From the human T2T-CHM13v2.0 reference genome, Homo sapiens, in NCBI RefSeq assembly GCF_009914755.1, contig NC_060927.1: a stretch of 64,000 nucleotides of DNA; one strand, given 5' to 3'. Shown one piece after another: positions 13,620 to 28,667 of the stretch (position 1 is the first letter of the stretch; each line of letters starts with the position of its first letter). The notes beneath the pieces were generated by a model. It made no database searches, was not told where the DNA came from, and saw nothing but the letters and a program-made list of their open reading frames with translations. Position numbers and translations under genes: made by a program.

Positions 13620-14868
13620 CTGCTGTTTTTGTAATGTCTCACTCCATTTTAGAGATACCACAATTTTCTAGTTTTCCCACCATGGCAGGGGTCCCTCTCT
13701 TTCAGTCTGTGTTGCAGACTCCTCTCCACTCTCCACAACCTATAGTGGTGGAGTACTTAGCACTAAACCACTTTCTCTTTTCTATGTATTCTGTTTCCTT
13801 AGGTGTTTTTATCCTGTTCTGTGGCTTTACGTACCATATGCATACCAGTATCACCCAAATCTGTATCTTTAAACTCTCTAGAATTCCGGTAATAGATATC
13901 CATCTACCTACTTAGCATTTCCACTTGCATGTGCAGCTAAACTTTTGCATGTCCAGAATATTTCTCTTGACTTCCATCCTCTCAAACCCTTTGCCCACCA
14001 TCTTTTCCTTCCAAGTATAATTACCCTGTTGCTCAAGCTAAAAACTCATGTGTCATTCTTGATTCCTCTTGTTCATCCACATCACACAGCCAATTCATCA
14101 GAAAGTTCTGTCTGTGATGTCTCTGAAACACATCTGATATCCAGCCCCCTCTCTCCATCTTACTTGCCGTCACCTGAGTCCAAGGCACCATGACCTCTAT
14201 TCTGGACAGCCACAGTAACCTTCTGTTGGCATCCCTGCTCCATTAATGTCTCCTAATAGTCTTTCCCATATAGTAGTCTGAGAGCTAATAGCCTACTCAT
14301 GCCTTCTCTTCCTTAAAACCCTTCCACAGCTTCTCACCACTCACAGAATCAGATCCAAACTTTTTTCTGTAGCCTAAAAAGTCCTCATGATCTGGACTTT
14401 GCCCAACACTTTGTCTTCTCAGATCATTCTCTAGTCGTTTCTTGTTTCTTAAATATGTCAACTTTATTCTTGCTTTTATTCTTTGCATTTGCTCTTCCTG
14501 TTCCTGAGATGTTTTTTCTCCATCTTTTCCCAGGGAGAAAAATATCTCATATTTTAGGTTTCAAGTCAAATGTCATTCCCTCAGAGTGGCCTTCCTTAAC
14601 TACTAAGTTACAATCCTTCCCCATCCCAAGGGTTTCCAGCATCCTGCTATTTCCTTCATAGGAACTTCTATCCTCTGATATTATGTTGTTTACTTAAGTA
14701 TGTTATAATTGTTTCCTTATATATATTCTTATTTTTATGTTGCCTGTCTTCCCTTTACCAGAAAGAAGGCAGAATATTGTCTGCCTTGTTCACTATTCTA
14801 TCTCCAGCACCTAGAACAATGTCTGGCATATAAAATGCACCTAATAAATATTTAATGAGTTAATAAAT
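13620..14868 (+). mobile_element. L2 LINE 3' portion (boundaries approximate)
   Basis: L2 3' end: CTTGTTCACTATTCTATCTCCAGCACCTAGAACAATGTCTGGCATA...AATAAATATTT. Confidence 0.7.
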
Positions 14869-15476
14869 TTAGACCAGAAAATTGGTAGATTTCAAATATC
14901 AAAAAAGACCCTCCTACCACAAATCCAGACACTATCTTTGGGGATTTGCACTAATCTTACAAAAGTAGTTATTAATTATCCTACTTTTGGATGAGAAAAT
15001 GGAGTCTCAAAAGACTTAAGTATCTCAAGTAACTTACACAACTTTACCAATCTTATAAACAACAGAATTGGGGTTTAAATTCTGTTTCTGACTCCTAAAC
15101 CTGGGCTCTATTCCCTCTGCCCTATAACAACTATGATATTTTAAAGGTGAAGAAGAGTCATTGACAAGGTATATCTATTCTGATGTTACACAATGTATAA
15201 ACTAAGGGTGTATAATTATGAGGGCTAAACATTTCTTAGAAATAGTGGTACTATAATTTTCATATAGCAAGTGAAAACTAATAGAAATTGGTGATGAAGG
15301 ATGCTTTATTCACTCTGTGAGAATGATCAGCAGCATGCATTCTGGGGAGTCAGGAGACGTAGGTTCTATTTCTGGCTCCGAGGCTAATTAGCTCCATGAC
15401 TTTGGGTATGCCCATGACCTCACCGTATTTCATTTCTCTTGTCTGTAAGGTGAGGGAGACAGTTTTCTGGGACTTC

Positions 15477-15478
<2 letters not shown>

Positions 15479-15516
<38 letters not shown>
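15479..15516. repeat. (CA)n microsatellite
   Basis: Directly visible. Confidence 0.97.
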
Positions 15517-15517
<1 letters not shown>

Positions 15518-18500
15518 ACGCAGAATGTAGTATTGTAATTTGGCAATTCTGTATATGATATAAAAATGAACCACCTTAGCTTATCCCATTCAGACAATGG
15601 GAATCGTCTAAATATAAGTCAAATAATAAAGAAATGAAGGCATAGACTCACTATTCTTCCATTAAAATGTTAGTATTGCCACACGAAAGCCTATTTTTAT
15701 AATTTATGATGTGTGTTCTAAAAAGAAATTTGAAAAAAAAATTAAGTAATGTAACAGTCTTTTTTTAAAGCTTGAGCTAGCTAGCTTGAGGGTGAAATGA
15801 TTCCTTAAGGTCTGTTGTTTAGGAATGATTTATTATTAACATTGAAAAACAGAGGATTCTGTTTTCTTTTCTGTTACTTGCATAATGGAAGGAGGGCCTA
15901 TTGGGAGATTAACCCAATTAGGTGAATGAAGTAAGACATCCTGTTTATTTTTCCTTGAATTATTTCTAAAAGGAAGCACTTGATTAAATACTCTCCATTT
16001 TGTGGCTTTGTAATTCAGCTATTATTTGGGGGAGATATTAGAAAGTTTGAGAAAAATGACTCAATCAGTTAATTAAAAGGAATAGTCACACTAAAAATTA
16101 AACTCTATGAAATCTTTGTGCATTAGTTAAGCTTCTGGGGGACCCTTGACATTCTCATGGATTTAGGGATCCCCAAAACCTGTGACTGCTGTAGAACACA
16201 GATAGTAAAGATGCTGCTTCTCTTCCCCCAAGGATGCTACTTCTCCCTTCCACCTTCAAGGGAGATAGTGGAAGAGAGAAGGGCAGAATTTCAGTAGAAA
16301 GGGCCCTGGGCTGGGACTTGGCAGTCCTGAATTCCTGTTCTACCTTTGCCAGGGATCTGCTGTTACTTTGGGCAAATGACCACCTTTCTCTGGGCCTTAT
16401 CTGTAAAAGGAAAACGAAAGCAAAATACCCCTGAGACTCTGGCTGAGTCTACTAGTCTATGATTTTAGAGACAAATTTTGAGGACTTGTGTGGTCCATAG
16501 AGACTGGATAAAGGTGAGGGTGTTTGAAGGAGCTGCCTCAATAGAGGGCCATGATGAGTGAGGAATATTTGAAACTGAAAAGATGGAGAGCCCACCACTG
16601 TGGAGTCTTCTGATGGCTGTGCAAGGTCCCCACTCACACACAGGCCCACGCTGCAGGGCTACCTTTGGTTGGCTTTGTGCTCCAGATATATAAGGCTGTC
16701 TGCGGTGATTCTAACTGAGACCTGTCTAGGCTTTTCCAGGGAAGTCAAGAGAGGGTTTTAATCTGACACAGGCTATTGGCCAATTGGCTTTGCAGATCTT
16801 GTTCTGGGAGTAGCAGAACAAGAACCAGATCTCCCAGGGGCAGAGATACTAATTTTTGAAGCAGTTATATTTAATAACGTAAGACCTCCTGGGACAGAAT
16901 CTGATACAAGATGTTATTTATTCCTCTTTTACAATCCAAAGTATCACATTGTTCTAGGTCAAAACTTGTCTTTATTTTCCTCCTGATTTTAATGCAGATG
17001 ATATCTAATATTTAGTAGTCTTTAAGAATCCTGCCTATCAAGGAGAGAAAGAGAAAAAAGGACTATACATAGAACACCTTAGCTCACACATTTTCAAATT
17101 ACATTTTTATGGGGGTGTTGATGCAGTGAAACTAAGTATTCAGATAATTATACCATCCATTTTAGATTTTTAATACAATTGTTATAGTATAGTTAGTTCT
17201 GTTGAAGAGTCCTGGACCTTGGGGCCTTTCAGAGACTTTCTAATCCATGGTATGCTGGCAAGCTGGCTCTCTAAAAACAAAAGTCCACATTTATAGCATC
17301 TGCTGATCTCTGTGGTGTAAATACTTTCACCATAGCAAATATCAAAGTATCAATGTGACATTACTGAATGTGGAATTGGGGGAGGAGATGCACAGAAGTG
17401 GCTCTTGTGGTCTGGTAGGAGCTGGTTTCAGCACACCCCTAATCATTGTCAATCAACAGATACACAGTTGCTGAGGATGCGAGGATGATGTAGGCTTATT
17501 AATGGAGGATACCTGAAAACCCCACAGGATTTAGGGAGTGGGCAGCTTCTAGGAAAAGGACTGCAGGAAAATACAGAATCGGAATGCAATCAAAATGAAA
17601 GCTGCAAGACTGAGCAAACCTGAGTTTCTGGGCCTAGACCTGCTAAATACCATCTCAGCTAGTAGACAGATGAATGGAATCAACCTTCTGAGAAACAGAT
17701 GTCAGTATGCATCATATTTGACACAGGATGAAGGTGGTGTCCCAATCGGTGGAAAAGAGGCATATATATTAATCCCATATTATACATATTTATAATATAT
17801 GTTGAATATACTTAAATGTATATTTATTTATACCTTTCATATTCACATACCATTATGTGACAATTATAATAATTAATATGGCTTGTAAGTTTCTGTTTTC
17901 TCTGAGAATAGAAAATGTAATCTGGTTACTACTAGGTAATTCAGTCACTTTTCATATAAACTCAATCTCTTAGGGATTTTATTCCCTCTACTTTTCCTTC
18001 ACACTGGGACCATAAACTTCTCTCAGGCATGGGCATGGCCTCGGGGGATAGAGGCCCGGATCTAAGCTCATCCTCTGTCCTGTTGGCTTCATTATGATGG
18101 AGTTTGCACTGCCAGTCTGGGTGATTGATTTATCTGTCCACAGCATCTGCTCCATGTGTCCCTGGCTGAGGAAGCTATGCTCTGTCCTCCCAGAAACAGT
18201 GACTCTTCCATGAGGGGTGCTGTCCCTCTTTTGACTCGGGCCAGCCTCACTGCAGCCGGCACCCGGCCTGGCTGTCCATCGCACAGCCCCTGCTGCAGGC
18301 CGCCCTTGCCGTAACAGCAGCGAGCCCTCAGCAGGCACGCTGGCCTTTGATTCTCAGATCTTTTCAGCACATCCCTCAGAAGCCAATGGAAGGTAACCAA
18401 ATCTCTTTTTCACCCCATCAGGAGCATTTGTGGGGGATGCTATGCTTAAACTGACAGTACTGCCATTTCTACTCTACTGTGGCTGCCCCAAGTGGCTCTG

Positions 18501-18571
18501 GGCACTGCAAACCTGAATCCTTGGAGAGTTTGCTGTTTGCAGACTTAAGTAAGCTTCTATCTCGCCACTCA

Positions 18572-18862
<291 letters not shown>

Positions 18863-19704
18863 ATATCTTGATACTCTTGTGATTGTCTTCGAGCTCCTCC
18901 CAGTTCAGAAAAACTTCCTATTTCCATCCTTATGAGATCTCTCTGGTGCTTCTCTGCTTTCTGGTTCATGATTTAAAATCTGTGCCCCAAGTCTTTCAGG
19001 CTTTTGCTCTTTGAACCCAAAGCTTTTACCTCTTGAAATATTCAGCTCTTAAAAAATCTAAAGGACTTTGCCTTCAAGATTGCTGCTTCCACTCTGAATT
19101 TATAGAGCTTACTTTTGTATTCAAAGACAAGAATTTGGATATTTTTTATCATTTTGTTTGTATTTATCTGTTTTGAAATCCTTTCTTGCTTGGTGCAGTA
19201 AGCCAACATGAATTTTAGGTGTCAAAAAAAAAAAAAAACTGTGCAAAGCATAAAGATCACAGAGGTGATTTAAAATGTTTGATCCCAGGATAAGAAACGG
19301 TTTTCTAACTTAAAAGCAATAGAAAAAAATCACAGGAAAAATAGCAATAGTTTTGATTACATCAAAACTAAACTTTTTAGTGTTAAGAAAGCACATAATA
19401 TTGAACTAAAAAAATAATAGGCTGGGAAGCCCATTACCCAAATATGAGAGACAAATGATTAATATACTTAATATATAAAGATTCATAAAAATCAGTTATA
19501 AACACAAATGCCCCATAAAATAAATATGCAGAGCACATAAACATAAGAAGAGATACTAATGACTAATAAAATCTTAAATATGCAAATTAGGAGAATAAAT
19601 ATGTTAAAAATATTTAGGTACATTCTCATATTGCTAAAATGTGTGCAAATTGATATAATTCTTTCTGGAAGGCAAATTGAAGCCAGGATCTTTGAAAAAA
19701 TTCA

Positions 19705-20005
19705 GGCCAGGTACAGTGGCTCACGTTTGCAATCCTAGGATTTTGGGAGGCCAAAATACTTGGCTTGAGCCAAGGAGTTTGAGACCAGCTTGGGCAACAT
19801 AATGAGACCCCATCTCTACGAAAAATAGAAAAAATTAGCTGGGCATCGTGGTGCTTGCCTGTAGGTGCAGTTACTCAGGAAGCTGAGGCAGGAGGATCGC
19901 TTGATCCTCCCCAGGGAAGTCAAGGCTGTAGTGAGCTGTGATTTCACCACTGCACAACTCCAGCTTGGGTGACAGAGTGAGACCCTGTCTCAAAAAAAAA
20001 AAAAA
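19705..20005 (+). mobile_element. Alu, J-type, inserted in a degraded old L1 (~19220-20230)
   Basis: Alu dimer; TSD AAAAAATTCA on both sides. Confidence 0.88.
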
Positions 20006-21378
20006 TTCAAACTCTTTAATTTTGTAATTCTACTTCTAGGAATTTGGAAGTTAAAAAAAAAGATGGATATAAGGTAAAAATAAAAAGTTGGTGAGATAAT
20101 AGTTCATAAATATGGAACATTCATTTGCAGAATATTATATAACTGTTAACATATTTCTAGAGTTTAAATGACTACTTTTCGGTAGAGAAAAGAAGAATGA
20201 ATGGTCATATATTGCTTTTGTAATTAGAAAAAAAGTATTATTAAGCTAAGGACAGACAACTGTACCTTTTGGGTAAACTTTGAAGAAGTTTCTATAAAAT
20301 GCTATTTTCTTTCAATATTCTAGTGATTAGACTATTTAGCTCTCTGTCAATAAGATAACCTCTATAATCTATAAGCATAAAATAATACAAGCTGTGAACA
20401 ATGGTACTTAAAATTACATGGGTGAGAAGATTTCAAAAAATGTTAAAAATGAACACCTTTTAAAATATAAATCTTTGACATCTGAAAGAACGGTCTCAAA
20501 TCTTCAGCAAGCTATCGAGTGACCCCATCTATCTGTCAAATTGAGCAGCATTTGTGTTTTGCTTTACCCTTTACAAGACATGTGTGCGCTCATGGTATCA
20601 TTTCTTTGTTAATCCTCACAACACTCTGGGGCAGGAATAACTGTTATCATTCTTCAATGTATCAGTAGAAAGCTGGCTCAGGGGTCAAGTAACTTGTCAA
20701 AGGACCAAAACACCTCTTAGGTGTAGAAACATGATTCAAATCTTAGCCTCCTCGTAGGGAATCCCCAGCTCACTGCACTGCACCATGTAGCTTCTCTACA
20801 GCTTTCCAGTAACCCAGTAGAGTCCTGGCAACAAAACAGAAGTGTTAAAAAGAAACATTTTTACAAGATTTTTCAGATTTGAAGCTCCGTTTTAACTTTT
20901 GAGAATGTGATGCCATCTGGAAGTGGTATCCCATTTTAAAGCTGAGACAGTGATTCATGATTTCCTGACCCATATATACTGTTTACTAGTTTTATTTTTC
21001 CTTCTTCCAAGACATTTTCTACAGACAGGAGACAGATGGCTGAAACACTGTAACATCCAAGGCTGCTTCATTGCACGACTCCAGGAGCTCCTTTCACATC
21101 ATAAACTGTGTGAAGGGCACTGTCTGGAATTGTGCAGTGCCTAGCCTGTGCAGCTGTACATGGCCCTCTGCCTTTTGTTGAGGTACTCAGCTCAGGTAGT
21201 GTTAGTTCTGAAGATGGTGGCCAGCATAGGAATCTGAATCATCACATCCTGAATTTCACTCCATCTACTATAGCCATAGCACCCTCTCTAAGGCCTAGGT
21301 GATATATATAGCACAGAAGATACTCTAAGAAAACAAATATTTGATTATTAGCCAAGCTACAACTCTCTTCCCCTAACT

Positions 21379-21540
21379 CAGTGGTTTTCAACCCTGGGCA
21401 CACTGGCAATGTCTAGAGACACTTTGGGTTGTCACAACTGAGGATCTTGTAGGTAGAATCCAGGGTTGCTACTAAACATTCCAAAGGGCATAGGATAGCC
21501 CCCTCACAACAAAGAATTAACTGGATCAAACTGTCCTTAT
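21379..21540. mobile_element. MER20-type hAT MITE (degraded)
   Basis: CAGTGGTTTTCAACC...GGCAATGTCTAGAGACACTTTGGGTTGTCACAACTG motif. Confidence 0.65.
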
Positions 21541-22836
21541 TAATGCAGAGCCCTAAATGGACACCCTTTCTGATGAGTTGGGCTGATCCATGTGTGAAAT
21601 CTTGAGGATTTTCTTGGTTCTTTCAGTCAGGTCTGGAATAGGAACAGCTTAGGGGCTCTTTTCCCTTAAGTCCACACTCGATAGTTTCCTCTTGAAAATT
21701 TTCCATTCCCTTTGTGAGAAAAAGAAGTAGAGGTCCTTCCTGCAGAGAGCTTATCTAAATCATTCACCCAATGCCTTTTTTCCCTGTAAGGTTTGATGTA
21801 GCAAACTCCTTAGGGCAGAAAAAGCACATGGCTGGAGTAGAAGTGATGGCCTTGAGCATGCCCTGAGAGTTCTCTCTACTTTCATCCCTGAGGCACTTCC
21901 GCAGGGGGAGAAGAAGGCATGCACTCCTGTAAGGAGATGGAGAACCTGACCTGAAGCAGGTCCTTGACATATCTGTTGCTCCTCTAGTTTTATCTAAAAA
22001 ATATATGTGAATTTTTATTCTAGTCTGTAATATATCCATGTTAACTTTTATAAAATTGTTTTAAATTATCAGATACTTTCCACATTTTGTTTCTCTAAGC
22101 CTTTGAATAAAATGAAAACTCCATGAACATGCATGTATTTACCCTGTTGCTTTGCTTGTATAACCATCTAGAGTTTTTCTCCATGGCCCTTCTTCTGGGG
22201 GCTTGGCAAAAGGTCCTTGGACCTTGAACTCCTAAAGGATCCTAGTTGTAAGAATCTGAGGACTCCTAGACCAAGCCAAAGTGGTGATCACAGGCATAGA
22301 GGTGTCGAGCACAGATGAAGGTCTGGCCTGTGTATGTGTCTTAAGGAGGATCAATTTCAGCATCTCTGCTCTGCATACAGGAGCCATGAACTAGATTGTG
22401 TATCATATGAAAGAGAGGAGCCTGAGAGAGCCACTTCCAACAAGGTCTAGCCAACAGACACTCAGGATGGGACTGAGAAGTTTTGACTTCAATGATTCCT
22501 CTGGTCCTGAGAAGTGGGAGGCAAACTAAAGTAGAAGCTACTAGACAGGGGCAAGGGATGCAGCTTGTGGAAAGACATACAGTTTGTGGCAAGCATTACA
22601 GCACTGGGTAAAGCTACAGGACTGTGTTCCTTTTGAGGTGTTTTCAAGTACAGCTGCTCTATTAGGAATCCATGATATAAGGAGAATATTATAAGCCTCG
22701 TAGTGACATTCCAGGGTCTAGACTGAGATAGATATGGATTTGAATTCTGATTCTGCCACTTACTGGCTCTGCAACTTCAAGTTATTTTGTGTCCCACAGA
22801 CTCAGTTTCTCATCTATAGAATGTGAATAATGGTAA

Positions 22837-23190
<354 letters not shown>

Positions 23191-24390
23191 ATATTTCTTA
23201 AGGTGTTTCTCCCTATCACTGGTGGGTAATGCTTCTCAGATCTTCTTCTCAGCTCTTCTCTCTGATATCTCATTTGGAAACTGATACTTTGATGACATAT
23301 GTTGGGTGGGCGCAGTTCTGTCTTTTAAAAAATATCTTTATTCAATCCAGATGATGAATTTATCTACTTGGATCACGTAAAGGGGACTGGGTGGTATTCA
23401 TAATCAAAGCTTGAACATCTCTGTGGGTCTGCAGCCTTCTCTCTTCCTGGAAAGGTTAGAGAAGAAACGAATTCAAATTTCTAAATTTAAATCTGCCTGT
23501 CCTCATTATAGTGCTGAGTGGTGAGTGGGTCATTTCCTCACAGGGTATCAATGTCAAATGGCTTTTTGAAAGAACATTGAGAGATTTCTTCTTGAGTAGT
23601 CTAGTGTAAAATAGACTGATAGTCTATTTTTTTATAAGTGGACAGACTCTTCTATTTGAACACCTCTCATTCTTTTAAATATTTGGAGTACAAACTAGAC
23701 TTACGTACTTTAATCAATAACATGTCCTTTGAGGTTAGTGATTATACAGAATGAAGTTTCATTGTACCAATTTTTGGATTGGAGATCATGAAGTCAATGA
23801 GAAGACACATCAGCATTCCACTCAGTGCTTTCTCACTAAAATCCAGTTTGGAATTCACCAAAAAAGCTTTTCTGAAATAATTATAAATGACTATAAATAC
23901 ATTAAGGTGATGAAACAAGCTATCTCTTTGGAAAAGAGCAAAGAATAAATTAGTAAAGAACTATCTTAAAATATCAACAAAGAGAATTAAAGTATTATGC
24001 TTCTCATTTTCCTTTGCTTTTTTTTCTCCAGTTTTTGTGATTGTTTAATGCCTTTTCAGCTTTAGATACTTCAGATTAAAGAAATTACTGTCTGTATTAT
24101 TTCTTCTGATTCCTTGACGTATTTCTCTGGGTTTCATTCCAGGAATCCTTCATTGTGAAAAGGAAAATTTGACACTATCAAAACAGAATATCAACAACAT
24201 TCATTTAATTTATTTATCTCAAATTACTAAACATTTATGTGGATTCAGAGTTGCTTTGTTAAATTTGGTCTCTGAAATGTAATACTGGTCTAGGGAATCA
24301 GAAGTTTACAAGAATTGTGTAAACTTCACATGTATTAACACACTTTTGTCCTCTAAAAAGGATCCACATCAAGTTCCCAAGAATCAACAG

Positions 24391-24903
24391 CAGTGGCCCC
24401 CAACCTTTTTGGCACCAGGGACTGGTTTCTTGGAAGATAATTTTTCCACAGACCAGGGTGGTGGGGATGGTTTCGGGATAATTCAAGCATATTACATTTA
24501 TTGTGCACTTTATTTCTGTTATTATTACATTGTAATATATAATGAAATAATTATATAACTCACCATAATAAAGAATAAATGAGAACTCTGAGCTTGTTTT
24601 CCTGCAACTAGACAGCCATCAGGGGCTGATGGGAGACAGTGACAGATCATCAGACGTTAGGTTCTCATAAGGAGCATTCAACCTAGATCCCTTGCATGCG
24701 CAATTCACAAAAGGGATTGTGCTCCTATGCGAATGCTGCCACTGCTGATCTGACAGGAAGCAGAGCTGAGGTGGTAATGTGAGCAATGGGGGGCAACTGT
24801 AAATACAGATGAAGCTTCACTGGCTTGCCTGCCGCTCACCTCCTGCTGTGTGACCTCGTTCCTTACAGGCCAGGTACTGGTTCCAGGGGGTTGGGGACCC
24901 CTG
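24391..24903 (-). mobile_element. MER1A-type hAT-Charlie element
   Basis: TIRs CAGTGGCCCCCAACC...GGTTGGGGACCCCTG; degenerate 8-bp TSD ATCAACAG/GTCAACGG; ~513 bp. Confidence 0.85.
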
Positions 24904-26100
24904 GTCAACGGTAGCTGTTGCCTGGCTGCTAGAGCAAAAGTCCGGAGTCCAGCTCACTCATGCTTTCCTTCTGCATTTGCAATTTTTTTTTTCTCCTCTT
25001 TCTCTAGCCTATTTAAGCCATCACCTTCTGCCCAATGTCTTAGCCTTCAAACCTTATAGTAGTAAACATTGCCTTCTGCTTTCCTGTCTTTCTACCAACC
25101 CAATTAGTCACCAAGCCCAGTGTTACCATCAAATATCTGTCTAAATAACAACTATATTAGAGACCATTCCTGTGAACAAAAAGTTTCAAAGTTCCATATT
25201 GCTTACACAATAATGACCCAACTTGTTTGCCTGACATTGTGAGATCTCCCTTTATTCACCCTAGCCTACCTTTGGCTTTATGTCTAATTTACTTTATGCT
25301 CCCAGGAAACTAAGATTATAGAGGTTTCCTGATTATATCCACTGCTAACTCGTGCCAATTTCTACCGTTTAATTTAAATTACTTTAAATTTAAAAAACTA
25401 TACAGCAACACATGATGATTTTAGAAAACATGGAAAATGTAGATGAGCAAAATGAAAAAAATAAATCAAATTCCAGAGATAATCATTGCCAACATTTTGC
25501 TGTACTCTCTTTCAGACTTTTATCTATGCATACTTTATACATATGTAGATTTATAAAAATAGAATTTTACTACATATACTATAATCTGATGTTCAATGAC
25601 TATATCATTGAACATAATTCCATCCTTATACTTTCCTATCTTGTCTATCAAAGTATTGATGTGTAAAGATATGATCTCCTATTTTGGTCACTTGTTTTTA
25701 ATTTACTTTTTTTATAATTTAAAATAATGCTTCTATAAACTTTCTTGTAGCTAATCTTTTGCACACATTCTTAATTAATATTTTTGGATAATTCCTACTA
25801 GTGAGATTGTTTCTCTAATATCTTTAATGTTTTCTTATCACTCCTATTTTCAAATCTTAATAATTTCTATTTTTCTTCTTTGGGCCCCTTGTGACTTCAT
25901 TCCATTTTTATGAAAGTTTGAAAATTAAGCTCAGACCTAGTAATCTAAGAAAGGATTGGACCAGAGTTAAGGACAAGATAGGAATGACTTTCCACCTCTT
26001 AGAGCTCATAATCCTTATTAATTTTAACCAGAATTACACGAGCTAACAACAAAACTTACTTTTTAGATGGTTTATATTGAGTTGGCCCTGCATCTCCTCA

Positions 26101-26613
26101 TTTCTTTTTTTTTTTCTTATTATATTTTAAGTTCTGGGGTACATGTGCAGAACGTGCAGGTTTGTTACATAGGTATACACGTGCCATGGTGGTTTTCTGC
26201 ACCCATCAACCCGTCATCTACATTAGGTATTTCTCCTAATGCTATTTCTCCCCTAGCCCCCCACCCCATGACAGGCCCCAGTGTGTGATGTTCCCCTCCC
26301 TGTGTCCATGTGTTCTCATTGTTCAACTCCCACTTAGGAGTGAGAACATGCGGTGTTTGGTTTTCTGATCTTGTGTTAGTTTGCTGAGAATGATGGTCTC
26401 CAGCTTCATCCATGTCCCGGCAAAGAACATGAACTCATCCTTTTTTATGGCTGCATAGTATTCCATGGTGTATATGTGCCACATTTTCTTTATCCAATCT
26501 ATCATTCATGGACATTTGGGCTGGTTCCAAGTCCTCGCTATTGTGAACAGTGCCGCAATAAACATACCTGTGCCTGTATCTTTATAGATTTGTAATCCTT
26601 TGGGTATATACCC
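26101..26613 (-). mobile_element. 5'-truncated L1PA (PA7-like) 3' end
   Basis: ORF2 C-terminus WIKKMWHIYTMEYYAAIKKDEFM...HRMFSL, followed by L1PA 3'UTR and T-tract. Confidence 0.92.
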
Positions 26614-28134
26614 TTTTTACTGAATCAGCTCAGTCACTTTCCACAGAGCTATGGATCAAGTTTAAGTTTTGTTATGGTGACATAAACTTTATACATTTAG
26701 GTTTGCCTGGGTAGCTTCCAGAGGCTGTTTTTTCAAAGAGATATTTGGTCTATCATTCAGGTAATCTTCCACTGATTGGCTGTTAATTTTATTCTGTCCT
26801 ATGTAATGAAAAAACATTTATTAAGCCTCTTCGGTGTAGATGGCTTTGTGTTAGGTGATGAATAGGACGGTTTCTCCCGAGGAGCTCATGGTTTAGCAGG
26901 GGAGATGGACTTGTAAATACCCAGATTCCTTCACTGTGACATGTGCAGCAACAGAATCATGTGCAAGGTAGAGGAGCTAGTAACTCTTTCTAGAGGGGTC
27001 AGGGAAGTTGTCCTAGAAGAGGTAACAACTGAGTTGTATTTTTGTAAGATAAACAGGGATTCCACAGGTGATTGTGCAGCAGGAAGGGTGGGGAAGAGAG
27101 AGCGCACTATTTTCAAATGTGATGGAGCCCAGAAAAACATGGTATATTTAGGAAACCATATGCAGAGTGGTATGACTAGAAAATTTGCTATGGGGAGAGG
27201 AAAGGAGTGATGAACCTGGAGGGGAGGATAGTGATTAGGTCAGGAATAGCCTTGGGCTATTGTGCCCTTAGACTTGACTCTGGATGTGTTAAACCCCTGA
27301 CTTGATGAGATGGGTGTTTTAGAAAGATATACAGCAACGGGGTGCCTGGATTACAGGAGGAAGATATTGGAAACAAGGAGACCAGTTAGGAGACCATTGT
27401 AATTACTCATGAAAGAAATTAAGAAGATGGAGACAGGAGAGTGATAATGGCATAAAAGAAGAGATGCCCAGGGTGCTGGACCAGGTCAGGGGCCTTGGGG
27501 GTTGAATGGCACAGGGCTGAGAGAGGACTTAAAAATACAGAATGCTTGAATGATCCAAGAGAGTTTAGTGGAGGAACCAAAACTGAGAAAACTGAGAGTC
27601 AGTTATTCTAAAAGAGGCACCAACAGGAAAAATATGAGTAGGGAGCAAAAGCTACATGAGATACAACAGGCTAGGCCCTAGGAACAGCAAAGAATATTCC
27701 AGAGATATGAAAAAAATCAACAGATTTTCTAAGTAGAGCAAACAAATAACATTAACAGAATATTCACAAATAGACCACAAAGTAAAATTTTCCTCCAACC
27801 CGAAAATCTGGTAAAATCCCAGCAAAAGAGAAGTCCTGGAGGGGGAAAAAAAATGCTGAATTGATTTCAAGTAATTATGAACTGAATGTGAAAATCTCAT
27901 TTAGAATAACATGTTCAAATTTCATGGGCAGCTCTAATAGGCACTAAACACTTCCCCTATTTTACTGGCTTTTTGTTCCTGGCAGGGAGGAATGTGTATA
28001 CTTGTCCATATCCTTTACTGGAGAAAGTAGGCAAAAATGTGTTATTTATAGATGCTGAAAACCATCCTTCTAAGTAATAATATTTAGCAGTTGTTCTCTG
28101 TTTGACAGGAATCTTTTACCTCCTTTGGTTTGGA

Positions 28135-28667
28135 CTATGTTCTAGTTATGCAATGCCATGGAACAAATCACTTCAAGACTTAGTGGCTAAAGACACCCAT
28201 ATTTTACTTATGAATCTGTAACTAGCCAGGGCTTGGGGGGAGCACCCTGTCTCTGAGCCACCTGATATCAGCTTTGGCAGCTGAAGGTGGGGGAATGAAA
28301 TTATTTGAATGTTCCCTACTCATGTGTTTGGTGGTTGATGCAAACAACCGAGGTCTGGAACAATTGGTGCCCTATGGCCATCTCTGTCTATTTCTATATG
28401 ATTTCCCCAGTAGGGTGGCTTCAGAGTAGCCAGATTTTTTTCACATGTTGATTGGAGACTCCCAAGACATGTCCTTCAAGAGAGAGAAAAAGCTAGGAGG
28501 GAGCTGTGTTGCTTTTCTAACCTACCTCAGAAGATACTAAGTGTCTCTTTTGCTACATTCAAGTTATTAGAAATGATTTGCCAAAGCCAGCCCACATCAA
28601 GGAGGGAGAATTAGACTCCATCTTCTGTGGGAAGAGTATCAAATGATTTGTTTTAAAACCACAGCAG
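28135..28667. mobile_element. MaLR LTR (MLT1-type), boundaries approximate
   Basis: AACAAATCACTTCAAGACTTAGTGGCTAAA start and ATTAGACTCCATCT...TTTTAAAACCACAGCA end resemble MLT1. Confidence 0.6.

Noticed and set aside
18130-18290. REST/NRSE-like GCTGTCC half-sites
   Set aside because: No matching TCAGCACC half at canonical spacing.
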